Made by a program: the position numbers and the translations under genes. DNA of 44,322 bases from Ferruginibacter sp. (lineage in GTDB: Bacteria > Bacteroidota > Bacteroidia > Chitinophagales > Chitinophagaceae), in NCBI GenBank assembly GCA_043717805.1, contig JAYSWW010000406.1:1-44322 (forward strand). Reading direction: 5' to 3'. Under the pieces are notes generated by a model. The model did not search any database, was not told where the DNA came from, and saw only the letters and a program-made list of their open reading frames with translations. Below are positions 35,674 to 44,322 of this stretch, piece after piece. Every line of letters begins with the position of its first letter. Position 1 is the first letter of the stretch.

Positions 35674-36951
35674 TCAAGGTTTCCCAATCATCGCTGCTCC
35701 AAAATAACTGTGCAACACTTTTGGCAAATGAATGCCATTTTCTGCCTGGTTATTTTCCAGCAAAGCTGCAACGATCCTGGGCAAAGCCAGTGAAGAACCA
35801 TTCAATGAATGTAACAATTGCGTTTTGCCGTTTTCATCCCTGTACCTGATCTTCATGCGGTTTGTCTGGAAAGTCTCAAAATTACTGACAGAACTCACTT
35901 CAAGCCATTTTTGCTGGGCCGCACTGAACACTTCAAAATCATAGGTAAGTGCAGAAGTAAAGCTCATATCGCCCCCGCATAAACGAAGAATACGATAAGG
36001 TAGTTCCAGGAATTGTAACAACCTTTCAACATGATGTACCATTTCCTCCAATGTATCATAACTGCTTTGCGGGTGTACCAACTGTATGATCTCTACTTTG
36101 TCAAACTGGTGTACCCTGTTCAATCCACGCACATCTGCACCAAAACTGCCCGCTTCCCTCCGAAAGCAAGGTGTGTAAGCTGTCATTTTAACCGGGAGAG
36201 AAGTTTCTTTTACGATCTCGTCCCTGTAAACATTTGTAACAGGCACTTCAGCCGTAGGGATCAGGTAAAATCCATCTACTGTAACATGGTACATCTGCCC
36301 TTCTTTATCCGGCAATTGACCGGTACCGTAAGCTGTGGCTTCATTCACCATCAACGGGGGCAAATATTCTGTATAACCTGCCGCAGTATTATAATCAAGG
36401 AAATATTGTATCAATGAACGTTGAAGTTTTGCTCCCCTTCCCTTGTACAATGGGAAACCGCTGCCCGTTATCTTAACGCCGGTTTCAAAATCCACCAGGT
36501 CGTATTGTTTGATCAGTTCCCAGTGAGGCTGTGCATTATCAGGTAACGAGGGTTTTGTGCCGCCTTCCCGTACTATGACATTGTCTTCAGGAGTTTTGCC
36601 CGGAGGTACTGATGAATGTGGAAGATTTGGAAGTAGTAATATTTTATCATCAAGAAGTTTGCTTTTTTGTTCTAACTCAGGTTTATCCCTGTTCAATAAT
36701 GATTTTAGTAAAGTTGCTTCATCTCTAAGTTTATCCGCTTCATCTTTTTTATCATTTTTGATAAGCTTCGGGATCTCACCAGACTTTGTATTTAACTGCA
36801 TTTGAATATCCTCAACGTTTTTCTTTAATCGCCTGCATTCTTCATCCAGCAAAACAATTTCATCAATCAATTCCAATTGCTTAAATTCCTTTATAGCCAA
36901 TCTTTCCTTTACCAACTCTAGATTTTGCCGTATATAGTTTATCTGTAACAT
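35674..36951 (-). CDS. serS: Serine--tRNA ligase
   Basis: GTGQLP, LIPTAEVP, CFRREAGS, GLNRVHQFDKVE, EVSSVSN, LNGSSLALPR. Confidence 0.97.
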   Translation of the reverse strand: MLQINYIRQNLELVKERLAIKEFKQLELIDEIVLLDEECRRLKKNVEDIQMQLNTKSGEIPKLIKNDKKDEADKLRDEATLLKSLLNRDKPELEQKSKLLDDKILLLPNLPHSSVPPGKTPEDNVIVREGGTKPSLPDNAQPHWELIKQYDLVDFETGVKITGSGFPLYKGRGAKLQRSLIQYFLDYNTAAGYTEYLPPLMVNEATAYGTGQLPDKEGQMYHVTVDGFYLIPTAEVPVTNVYRDEIVKETSLPVKMTAYTPCFRREAGSFGADVRGLNRVHQFDKVEIIQLVHPQSSYDTLEEMVHHVERLLQFLELPYRILRLCGGDMSFTSALTYDFEVFSAAQQKWLEVSSVSNFETFQTNRMKIRYRDENGKTQLLHSLNGSSLALPRIVAALLENNQAENGIHLPKVLHSYFGAAMIGKP

Positions 36952-36985
36952 CTGATGTATATGATTTTATAATCTTTTGAGATGG

Positions 36986-36993
36986 CAAATATA
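36986..36993 (-). promoter_or_regulatory. -7 element (TATATTTG) for serS
   Basis: Exact TAnnTTTG match 34 nt upstream of the start codon. Confidence 0.55.
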
Positions 36994-37066
36994 AACCTGA
37001 AAAGCATATTTACAGGCGATTGCATATCAATATAAAAATACCTGTGGTATTGCTTACTTTTGCTGA

Positions 37067-37414
37067 ATGCAACATACAGAAGAAGACATCCAGGTAAGGT
37101 GGCTGAAACTTCGCATAAAACTGAAAGAACGCTTCAATATAAAACCTGATATGAACGGGGTTTTACTGTTGATCGGGGTGCAGGAACTTGGCCAGGGACC
37201 ACAGGAATTCAGCAAGGAACAAAAACAGGACCTGATGCATATTGCCATTTGTACAATCTTATCTGCCAGCGGCTATTATGCATTCGAAGGATTTGATGAG
37301 GAGGGCTGGCCTCATTTTACCCAGTTAAAAGCCCTGCCTGAGCTGGATACATTTGAGCAGGAAAATTTTTTAAAAGATCATGTATTATTATATTTTAATA
37401 ACATTGATTTTTAG
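37067..37414 (+). CDS. Conserved hypothetical protein
   Basis: 115-aa ORF with motifs LLIGVQELG, FSKEQKQDLMHIAIC, DEEGWPHF; -7 element TACTTTTG at 37055-37062. Confidence 0.8.
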   Translation: MQHTEEDIQVRWLKLRIKLKERFNIKPDMNGVLLLIGVQELGQGPQEFSKEQKQDLMHIAICTILSASGYYAFEGFDEEGWPHFTQLKALPELDTFEQENFLKDHVLLYFNNIDF

Positions 37415-37492
37415 TTCGCTGTAATATGATTCTCATTAGTTTTGCAAAACAAAAAACAACACACTTATCTTTAAGTTCAAAATCGAATTAAT

Positions 37493-38233
37493 ATGCTAAA
37501 AAAAATATTGCTGATCTTTTCAATAGCAACCTCACTTACCTGCCTTTTTGTAAACAATGGCCAGGCCCAGGCAAAAAAAACTGTTACAAAGAATAAAACT
37601 GCAGTAAAAAAACCGGTGGCAAAAAAGCCTGTGGTTATTGTGAAGGATCATTCGATCCGTGTAAAGATCACAACCGATTCGGGAGTTATGATCGTTAAAT
37701 TATATGATTCTACACCGCTTCACCGCGACAACTTTGTAAAACTGGTAAAAGAAGGTTTTTTTGACAGCCTGTTGTTTCACCGCGTGATCCCTGGTTTTAT
37801 GATCCAGGGAGGAGATCCATTGAGCAAAAATGCTATTCCGGGGGATATGCTGGGTTCTGGGGGAGATAACCTGGAAAGAATACCCGCTGAATTCAAGCCG
37901 TTCCTGTTTCATAAAAAAGGAGTATTGGCTGCCGCCAGGGATGGCAACCCGCAAAAAGCAAGCAGTGCCTGCCAGTTTTACCTGGTAGAAGGAAAAGTTT
38001 TTACAGACTCCGAATTAAATAATATTGAAATGAGTAAACCGGCAAAATATACGGTTGAGCAAAAAAATATTTATAAAACGATTGGGGGTACTCCATTCCT
38101 GGACCAGGAATATACTGTATTCGGAGAAGTTGAAAAGGGCATTGAAGTGATACATAAAATTGCTATGGCACAAAGGGATGGCAGAGACAGGCCAATGGGC
38201 GATATCAGGATGTACATCGAAATAGTGAAATAG
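37493..38233 (+). CDS. Cyclophilin-type peptidyl-prolyl cis-trans isomerase (exported)
   Basis: Signal peptide; TPLHRDNF, FHRVIPGFMIQGGDP, QFY, YTVFGEV; -7 element TAGTTTTG at 37437-37444. Confidence 0.93.
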   Translation: MLKKILLIFSIATSLTCLFVNNGQAQAKKTVTKNKTAVKKPVAKKPVVIVKDHSIRVKITTDSGVMIVKLYDSTPLHRDNFVKLVKEGFFDSLLFHRVIPGFMIQGGDPLSKNAIPGDMLGSGGDNLERIPAEFKPFLFHKKGVLAAARDGNPQKASSACQFYLVEGKVFTDSELNNIEMSKPAKYTVEQKNIYKTIGGTPFLDQEYTVFGEVEKGIEVIHKIAMAQRDGRDRPMGDIRMYIEIVK

Positions 38234-38320
38234 TTTGTCTGTTGATTCCTAAAAAAGAAATCAATAAAAAATCCGCTAAATTGCAACAACATTTTTTTAT
38301 TCATTATTAAAAAATTTTAA

Positions 38321-38698
38321 ATGAATTATCCAGCCAATCTCAAGTATACAAAAGATCATGAATGGGTTATGTTATCAGGAAATACGGCCACAATAGGTAT
38401 CACCGATTTCGCTCAACATGAGTTGGGAGATATTGTTTATGTAGACATTAGTACCAAAGGGAAAAAATTAGCTGCAGAAGAAATTTTTGGAACGGTGGAA
38501 GCTGTGAAAACAGTGAGTGACCTTTTTTTGCCGGTATCAGGAACTGTTACTGAGATCAATCCTTTACTGGATTCAAAACCTGAGCTTGTTAACAGTGACC
38601 CTTACGGTGATGGCTGGATGATAAAAATGACTGTTGACAACCCCGGTGATTTTGAAAAATTATTGACCGCTGAAGCTTATACTGAGCTGTTAGCATAG
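38321..38698 (+). CDS. gcvH: Glycine cleavage system H protein
   Basis: [23 protein letters not shown], lipoyl site [18 protein letters not shown]. Confidence 0.96.
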   Translation: MNYPANLKYTKDHEWVMLSGNTATIGITDFAQHELGDIVYVDISTKGKKLAAEEIFGTVEAVKTVSDLFLPVSGTVTEINPLLDSKPELVNSDPYGDGWMIKMTVDNPGDFEKLLTAEAYTELLA

Positions 38699-38734
38699 GA
38701 CTGCAAACAGCCAAGAGAACAGTTCATTTTTTTT

Positions 38735-39148
38735 ATGGAAAAAAAGCCCCGTCAATCTTCCCTGAGCGATATAGGATTAAAAAAATTTGCACCTGCCATA
38801 GTTTGTTTTATAGCAGTGTTCATTTTGGTTACGCTTCCGGGTGATAGTTTGCCATCCACCAATGAATGGATGGAGATCTCTTTTTTAGACAAATGGGTAC
38901 ATACCATCATGTTTGCTTTGCTTACTTTTTTATTCCTGCTCCCAATAACGCAATCATCGTTGTACAGCCAGCAAAAAAGACATTATTTTATTCGTATATG
39001 TTTATCAGTATGTATCTGGGGATTAACAACAGAATTTATTCAGAAATTCTATGTCCCAACCCGTGAATTTGACCTCCTGGATTGGGCTGCAGACAGCACA
39101 GGTGTTTTGATTTCCTTTTTATATATCCGGAAGTTTCACCGGCACTAA
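38735..39148 (+). CDS. VanZ family membrane protein
   Basis: DKWVHTIMF, TEFIQ, REFDLLDWAADSTG. Confidence 0.85.
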   Translation: MEKKPRQSSLSDIGLKKFAPAIVCFIAVFILVTLPGDSLPSTNEWMEISFLDKWVHTIMFALLTFLFLLPITQSSLYSQQKRHYFIRICLSVCIWGLTTEFIQKFYVPTREFDLLDWAADSTGVLISFLYIRKFHRH

Positions 39149-39213
39149 AACCCTTACCAGCTTGGTTACTATTTATTAACTGCTTACATTTGTATATGCA
39201 CAATGTTGAGAAT

Positions 39214-39924
39214 ATGGAGTACAACACCACCCGAAATCATTTAATCATGAGAGAATATGGCAGACATATTCAAAAAATGATTGAATACCTGTTGACCATC
39301 AAGGATAAAGAAGAAAGACAGCGAAATGCTTATGCTGTAATTGAATTGATGGGATTTTTAAATCCACACCTTAAAAATGTGGAAGATTTCCGTCATAAAT
39401 TATGGGACCATCTTTTCCTGATAAGTGATTTTACACTGGATGTGGAAAGCCCTTATCCCATCCCTACCAGGGAAACTTTAAAGGCCAGGCCCGAAAGACT
39501 CAAGTATCCAAAAAAATATCCAAAATTCAATCACCTGGGTAAAAATATAGAGGTTGTTATTGACAAGGCGCTGAAAGAAGAAAATCCGGAAAAGAAACAA
39601 GGCTTTGCAAATGCAATTGCCTATTACATGAAACTTACTTACAGCAACTGGCACAAAGAACTTGTTCACGATGATTCAATTCAGAGTGAATTGAGCAGCA
39701 TGACCAGGGGCGAACTTGAATTCAATAATCGCCCGTTTGTAAAACACAGAACTGAACAGGAAAGGGATGAATATGGCGGCGGACGCAATCAATACCGTAA
39801 AAATTACGGTGCCAGGGACAATCGTGGTGGTTCAGGAGGAGGCAGAGACAACAGGGGTGGCGGTAGTGGCGGAGGCCGTGACAACAGGAATAACAACAAC
39901 CGGAATTTTAAAAAGAGGTATTAA
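39214..39924 (+). CDS. DUF4290 domain protein
   Basis: MEYNTTRNHLIMREYGRHIQKM, HKLWDHLF; upstream of murA. The -7 element TACATTTG at 39185-39192 argues against the longer TTG start at 39082; ATG 39196 is possible. Confidence 0.88.
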   Translation: MEYNTTRNHLIMREYGRHIQKMIEYLLTIKDKEERQRNAYAVIELMGFLNPHLKNVEDFRHKLWDHLFLISDFTLDVESPYPIPTRETLKARPERLKYPKKYPKFNHLGKNIEVVIDKALKEENPEKKQGFANAIAYYMKLTYSNWHKELVHDDSIQSELSSMTRGELEFNNRPFVKHRTEQERDEYGGGRNQYRKNYGARDNRGGSGGGRDNRGGGSGGGRDNRNNNNRNFKKRY

Positions 39925-39961
39925 AGAAAACAGCTTTTGAAAATAAATTTAATCAAGTTAT

Positions 39962-39996
39962 AAAAACCTGGTGCTGTAAATTGCATCAGGTTTTTT
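39962..39996 (+). terminator. Intrinsic terminator-like hairpin
   Basis: AAAAACCTGGTGC-tgtaaatt-GCATCAGGTTTTTT. Confidence 0.7.
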
Positions 39997-40090
39997 ATTT
40001 ACGTTTGTTAAATTATAAGGGTTTCATCAGCCAGGTCATTATGAATTTCTGACTGGTTTTAAATTTTACATCTATAATATCATTCCAGGC

Positions 40091-41398
40091 ATGAGCATAT
40101 TTGAAGTCAGGGGAGGAAAAAAACTTTCAGGAGAAATAACACCACAGGGAGCAAAGAATGAAGCTTTGCAGATCATCAGTGCTGTATTACTTACTGCAGA
40201 CGAAGTAGTAGTTAATAATATTCCGGATATCATTGATGTGAACCTGCTGATTGAATTATTGCAGGAAATGAATGTAACGGTCAACCGGATTGACAGGCAT
40301 ACCTGTAGTTTTAAAGCTGATGATGTAAATGTTGAATATTTACAAAGTGAATCGTACCATAAAAAAAGCGGGAGACTTAGGGGTTCTGTAATGCTTGCCG
40401 GGCCTTTGCTTGCCAGATACAGAAAAGCATACTTACCAAAACCGGGCGGTGATAAAATAGGCAGGCGCAGGCTGGATACACACATCATTGGTTTTGAAAA
40501 ATTAGGTGCAACTTTTAATTATGATGACAATACGGGTTTCTTTAAATTAGAAGCTCCTGAACTTACCGGGGCTTATATGCTTCTGGATGAACCAAGTGTA
40601 ACCGGTACCGCTAACATTCTGATGGCTGCTGTTTTGGCAAATGGCACAACCACAATTTACAACGCTGCCTGTGAGCCTTATATCCAGCAACTTTGTAAAA
40701 TGCTTACCCGTATGGGTGCAAAAATTGAAGGGATCGCAAGCAACATGCTCATCATTCACGGCGTAAAAAAATTATCCGGTACAACGCATACCATGTTACC
40801 CGATATGATAGAAGTTGGCAGTTTTATTGGCCTGGCAGCTATGACCCAAAGTGATATCACCATTAAAAATGCCGGTATTTCCGAACTTGGAATGATACCG
40901 GAAAAATTTCAGCAGCTTGGTATTAAAATGAATTTCAAAGGGGATGATATCCATATTCCTGCACAGGATAATTATACAATAACCAAATACCTTGATGGAG
41001 CCATTCTTAGTATTTACGATCACCCATGGCCCGGCTTTACGCCAGATTTGCTCAGTATCATTATTGTTACTGCCATACAGGCAAACGGAAGTGTGCTTAT
41101 ACACCAGAAAATGTTTGAAAGCCGTTTGTTCTTTGTAGATAAACTTATAGAAATGGGTGCACAAATTATTTTATGTGATCCCCATCGTGCCGTAGTGATC
41201 GGTTTGGAAAGAGAACAGCAGTTGCGTGGCATTACCATGAGCAGTCCGGATATAAGGGCCGGCGTAGCATTGTTGATCGCAGCATTGAGTGCACAGGGAA
41301 AAAGTACCATACAAAATATCGAACAAATAGACCGGGGCTACCAGTTAATAGATGAACGATTGAGAAATTTGGGAGCAGATATTAAAAGGATTGATTGA
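40091..41398 (+). CDS. murA: UDP-N-acetylglucosamine 1-carboxyvinyltransferase
   Basis: GAKNEAL, LRGS, PGGDKIGRR, SVTGTAN, PWPGFTPD, FESR, DIRAG, IDRGY. Confidence 0.96.
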   Translation: MSIFEVRGGKKLSGEITPQGAKNEALQIISAVLLTADEVVVNNIPDIIDVNLLIELLQEMNVTVNRIDRHTCSFKADDVNVEYLQSESYHKKSGRLRGSVMLAGPLLARYRKAYLPKPGGDKIGRRRLDTHIIGFEKLGATFNYDDNTGFFKLEAPELTGAYMLLDEPSVTGTANILMAAVLANGTTTIYNAACEPYIQQLCKMLTRMGAKIEGIASNMLIIHGVKKLSGTTHTMLPDMIEVGSFIGLAAMTQSDITIKNAGISELGMIPEKFQQLGIKMNFKGDDIHIPAQDNYTITKYLDGAILSIYDHPWPGFTPDLLSIIIVTAIQANGSVLIHQKMFESRLFFVDKLIEMGAQIILCDPHRAVVIGLEREQQLRGITMSSPDIRAGVALLIAALSAQGKSTIQNIEQIDRGYQLIDERLRNLGADIKRID

Positions 41399-41404
41399 TG
41401 AACC

Positions 41405-41523
41405 GTTTCTAGTTTCTTGTTTCACGTTATTGCCGTTTCACGTTTGGTTTATTTAGTTTAAATTTTATTGAACAAATAAAAACAATTCGATTTGAATTCA
41501 ACGAGAGACGAAAAACGAGAAAC
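41405..41523. repeat. Intergenic inverted heptamer arrays (GTTTCnn / AACGAGA type)
   Basis: GTTTCTA GTTTCTT GTTTCAC GTT at 41405; AACGAGA GACGAAA AACGAGA AAC at 41500-41523. Confidence 0.55.
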
Positions 41524-41574
41524 ATTCTTACTAATTTTATTCGTCTAATTAACTGATTTGATATTTATTTGCAC

Positions 41575-42150
41575 ATGAATTCTATCCACCAGAAAATATT
41601 AATCATAACCGCACCCTCCGGTGCCGGAAAAACCTCCATTACAAGGCACCTGATGAAATGCTTCCCCGTACTTGAATTTTCTGTATCAGCTGCCACCAGA
41701 AATGCAAGAGGAAATGAAAAAGACGGCGTAGATTATTATTTTATCCCCCTCGAAGATTTTAAACAAAAAATTCAAAACAAGGAGTTTGCCGAGTGGGAAA
41801 TGGTTTATGAAGGGAAATATTACGGCACTTTAAAATCAGAACTAAAAAGAATATGGGGGCTTAATAAAGTTCCTGTACTGGATATTGATGTTAAGGGCGC
41901 TATACATATACAACAACAATATCCTGAAAATACCCTCAGTGTTTTTATAGAACCGCCGTCTGTGGATGAATTGAAGAACCGGCTTGAAAGCCGTGGAACA
42001 GAAACAGCAGAATCAATAGCAGCCCGGGTAAACAAAGCAGCCTATGAACTTTCATTCAAAGAACATTTCAATAAGAGTATTGTAAATGATGATCTTGAGA
42101 GAGCCTGCGCAGAGGCTGTAACACTTGTAGATGAATTCCTGAAAAACTGA
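41575..42150 (+). CDS. gmk: Guanylate kinase
   Basis: TAPSGAGKTS, SAATR, EKDGVDYYF, YYGT, LDIDVKGA, FIEPPS. Confidence 0.96.
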   Translation: MNSIHQKILIITAPSGAGKTSITRHLMKCFPVLEFSVSAATRNARGNEKDGVDYYFIPLEDFKQKIQNKEFAEWEMVYEGKYYGTLKSELKRIWGLNKVPVLDIDVKGAIHIQQQYPENTLSVFIEPPSVDELKNRLESRGTETAESIAARVNKAAYELSFKEHFNKSIVNDDLERACAEAVTLVDEFLKN

Positions 42151-42200
42151 CCACTGTTTAATAAAATCACTGTTTTAGCCGATTTTCTTACTTTTATATT

Positions 42201-43490
42201 ATGGATTGGATCGCACTAATTGCCATTTTTGCCTCTTTGGCTCTGATCGGATATTTTTCCGGAATTGAAATCGCTTTCGTTTCTGCCAATAAGTTGTCTA
42301 TTGAGTTAAACAGAAAACAAGGAACATTCAGTGGCAAAACATGGGGCAATTTTGCTGATAATCCAACCAGGTTCATAGGCACCACATTGCTGGCGGTAAA
42401 TATTGTTATGGTTGTTTATGGCCTGTTGGTGGGCGACATGCTTTTCCCGATCTGGAAATGGATAGAATTAAGGCTGCCCGGTTCTTCTGCAGCTTATGTA
42501 AAATATATAAAATTATTGGTTGAAACATTTCTCTCTACAGCGATAATCTTATTTGTGGAATTTTTAAGCAAAGCATATTTCAGGGCAAGAAATAACAGCA
42601 TATTAAGCCTGGATTTCATCAGTTATATTTCATGTTTTTTTTACTGGTTGCTTTCTGGTACAGCCGCTTTTTTTGTAAACATCGCCGAATGGATGTTGCA
42701 ATATGTTTTTAATGTAAAACTGAATGATAAGAAAGAAGCTTTCAGCAAAGTGGACCTGGAACATTTTATTCAGCAGACTAAAAGCCATGATGAAGAAGAA
42801 ACATCTGAGTTGAACAAGGAATTATTTGAAAATGCTTTATCATTAAGCGAAGTTAAATTGCGGGAATGCCTGATACCAAGAAAAGAAATCGAAAGCATTG
42901 ACATCAATACAGCCATTGAAATCGTTAAAGAACGTTTTATTGAAACAAAATTAAGCAAGCTTGTTGTTTTTGAAGATAACATTGACAATATACTTGGGTA
43001 TGCACACCAGCTTGACCTGTTCAAACAACCTGCTTCATTGAAAGAAATATTGCATCCCATTCCAACTGTTCCGGAAAGTATGAGTGCCACGGATCTCATG
43101 AACAGGTTCAGCAAGGAAAGAAAAAGCATAGCATGGGTAATTGATGAATTTGGCGGCACCGCCGGTATTGTTACCATGGAAGACATCCTGGAAGAGATAT
43201 TTGGTGAAATTGAAGATGAATATGATGTGGCTGAAGAGTTTGTAGACAAACAGATAGCCAGCAATGAATACATCTTCAGCGGACGAATGGAACTTGACCT
43301 GATTGCAGAAAAATATGACCTTCACTTCAGCGGTGATGAAGGTGCAGAAACACTTTCGGGCTATATCATTCAGAACAATGAATCCATTCCGAGGCAAAAA
43401 GAACGGATCATCGTTGGCAATTATGAATTTGACATCCTGAGTGTTAGTGATACCAGGATAGAAACAGTAAAAGTAAAAGTGTTGAAATAA
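42201..43490 (+). CDS. CNNM/CorC-HlyC (hemolysin-family) membrane protein with a CBS pair
   Basis: FSGIEIAF (DUF21), CBS motifs IPRKEI and VIDEFGGTAGIVTMEDILEEIFGEIEDEYD, C-terminal CorC domain ETLSGYI. Confidence 0.92.
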   Translation: MDWIALIAIFASLALIGYFSGIEIAFVSANKLSIELNRKQGTFSGKTWGNFADNPTRFIGTTLLAVNIVMVVYGLLVGDMLFPIWKWIELRLPGSSAAYVKYIKLLVETFLSTAIILFVEFLSKAYFRARNNSILSLDFISYISCFFYWLLSGTAAFFVNIAEWMLQYVFNVKLNDKKEAFSKVDLEHFIQQTKSHDEEETSELNKELFENALSLSEVKLRECLIPRKEIESIDINTAIEIVKERFIETKLSKLVVFEDNIDNILGYAHQLDLFKQPASLKEILHPIPTVPESMSATDLMNRFSKERKSIAWVIDEFGGTAGIVTMEDILEEIFGEIEDEYDVAEEFVDKQIASNEYIFSGRMELDLIAEKYDLHFSGDEGAETLSGYIIQNNESIPRQKERIIVGNYEFDILSVSDTRIETVKVKVLK

Positions 43491-43496
43491 TATACA

Positions 43497-44322
43497 ATGA
43501 ACATTGCCGTACACATCAGTTTTTCCGAACCCAACAATCACCCATCAAAAAACTTCAACTACCGTTGCTTTTCAGTAATGGCAGAAAAACAACCGGAACA
43601 TCATTTTATTTTTATTTTTGATAAAACATTTGACGTTTCTCTCATCACCCAAAAAAACATAACCCCTGTTTTACTATCGCCTGTGATCAGGAACAGGTTG
43701 CTGGAATATTATTGGTATAATTTTAAGGTCCCCGCTTTGCTGAACAAATTAAACGCAAGCCTGTTTATCAGCAATGGCGTTAATTGCAGCATTCGCTCAT
43801 CGGTGAGGCAATGCATGATTTTACAGGATCTCTCTTTTTTACAAAAGCAAAATTCTGCTGACCAGCGTGACAACTTGTATATAAAAAAATTTTTTAAAAA
43901 GTTTGTTGAAAAAGCTTCATTTATTGCAGTAAGCAATCAATATACAGGACTTGCATTGAAAAAAAACTTTCCTGCAGCAGCAGGAAAATCACATGTAATT
44001 GGTTGTGGTCTGAATGATGCTGTGAAAATCAATGGCCATCACGAACAACAACATATCAAGAACAAATTCGCAGAAGGAAAAGAATATTTTATTGGCTTCA
44101 TTACAGATGTTTCAGCAGCCAATACAACAGTATTGCTAAAAGCATTTTCCGCTTTCAAAAAAAGGCAGCATTCCAACATGCAATTGTTGATGGTTTTAAC
44201 CGGCGCTCAAAAAGAAATCCCGGTAAAAGATTTTTCCAATTACAAATACAGGAACGAAGTACAACTGATAATCCCCGAAAACGACCGGATACTGTCTGAT
44301 TTAGCTGCATCAGCATATGCTG
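43497..44322 (+). CDS. Glycosyltransferase family 4-like protein, partial (runs off window edge; absent from ORF track)
   Basis: Hand translation MNIAVHISF...PEHHFIFIFDK...YWYNFKVPALL...QDLSFL...EGKEYFI...LLKAFSAFKKRQHSNMQL; no stop seen. Confidence 0.8.
   Translation, partial: MNIAVHISFSEPNNHPSKNFNYRCFSVMAEKQPEHHFIFIFDKTFDVSLITQKNITPVLLSPVIRNRLLEYYWYNFKVPALLNKLNASLFISNGVNCSIRSSVRQCMILQDLSFLQKQNSADQRDNLYIKKFFKKFVEKASFIAVSNQYTGLALKKNFPAAAGKSHVIGCGLNDAVKINGHHEQQHIKNKFAEGKEYFIGFITDVSAANTTVLLKAFSAFKKRQHSNMQLLMVLTGAQKEIPVKDFSNYKYRNEVQLIIPENDRILSDLAASAYA

Noticed and set aside
38735-39148. Glycopeptide resistance locus
   Set aside because: Lone VanZ-family genes are common housekeeping neighbours, and no other van genes are present
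39082-39195. N-terminal extension of DUF4290 from TTG 39082
   Set aside because: Overlaps the VanZ gene and spans the likely -7 element; the family-like sequence begins at MEYNT. The extended TTG starts of the regulator, porin, galE and gmk were trimmed to ATG starts on similar grounds.
42201-43490. Hemolysin toxin
   Set aside because: DUF21-CBS-CorC architecture indicates a CNNM-type divalent-cation transport protein

Overview
AT-rich chromosomal segment from a Bacteroidota genome, probably Chitinophagaceae (inferred from gene content and TAnnTTTG -7 promoter elements). It is mostly housekeeping genes: partial atpB, ABC exporter, galE, transketolase C-half, an ECF sigma trio, rodA-mrdA-mreDCB, purD, two POT transporters, DUF1800/DUF1501, alkB, serS, a PPIase, gcvH, murA, gmk, a CNNM/CBS protein and a partial GT4. 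No rRNA, tRNA, CRISPR array, transposase or integrase was recognised. The most notable region is a ~10 kb putative phosphate-acquisition locus without pst genes in the window (4.7-14.8 kb). It holds a PhoP/PhoR-like two-component pair, a non-SusD lipoprotein with a TonB-dependent receptor, a porin broken by a single in-frame TAG, a DUF47 (PhoU-like) protein, and a Pit transporter with a ~190-aa inserted soluble domain. Three of its promoter regions carry 11-bp-phased nTAACA repeats resembling Pho boxes. Other candidates are a secreted 742-aa protein with a caspase/CHAT-like His-Cys motif pair, an orphan ~58-nt promoter-to-terminator unit (candidate sRNA complementary to AUGAAAAA start regions), and several intergenic elements built from inverted 7-bp repeat arrays. 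All family calls come from motif recognition by eye; no database search was run.
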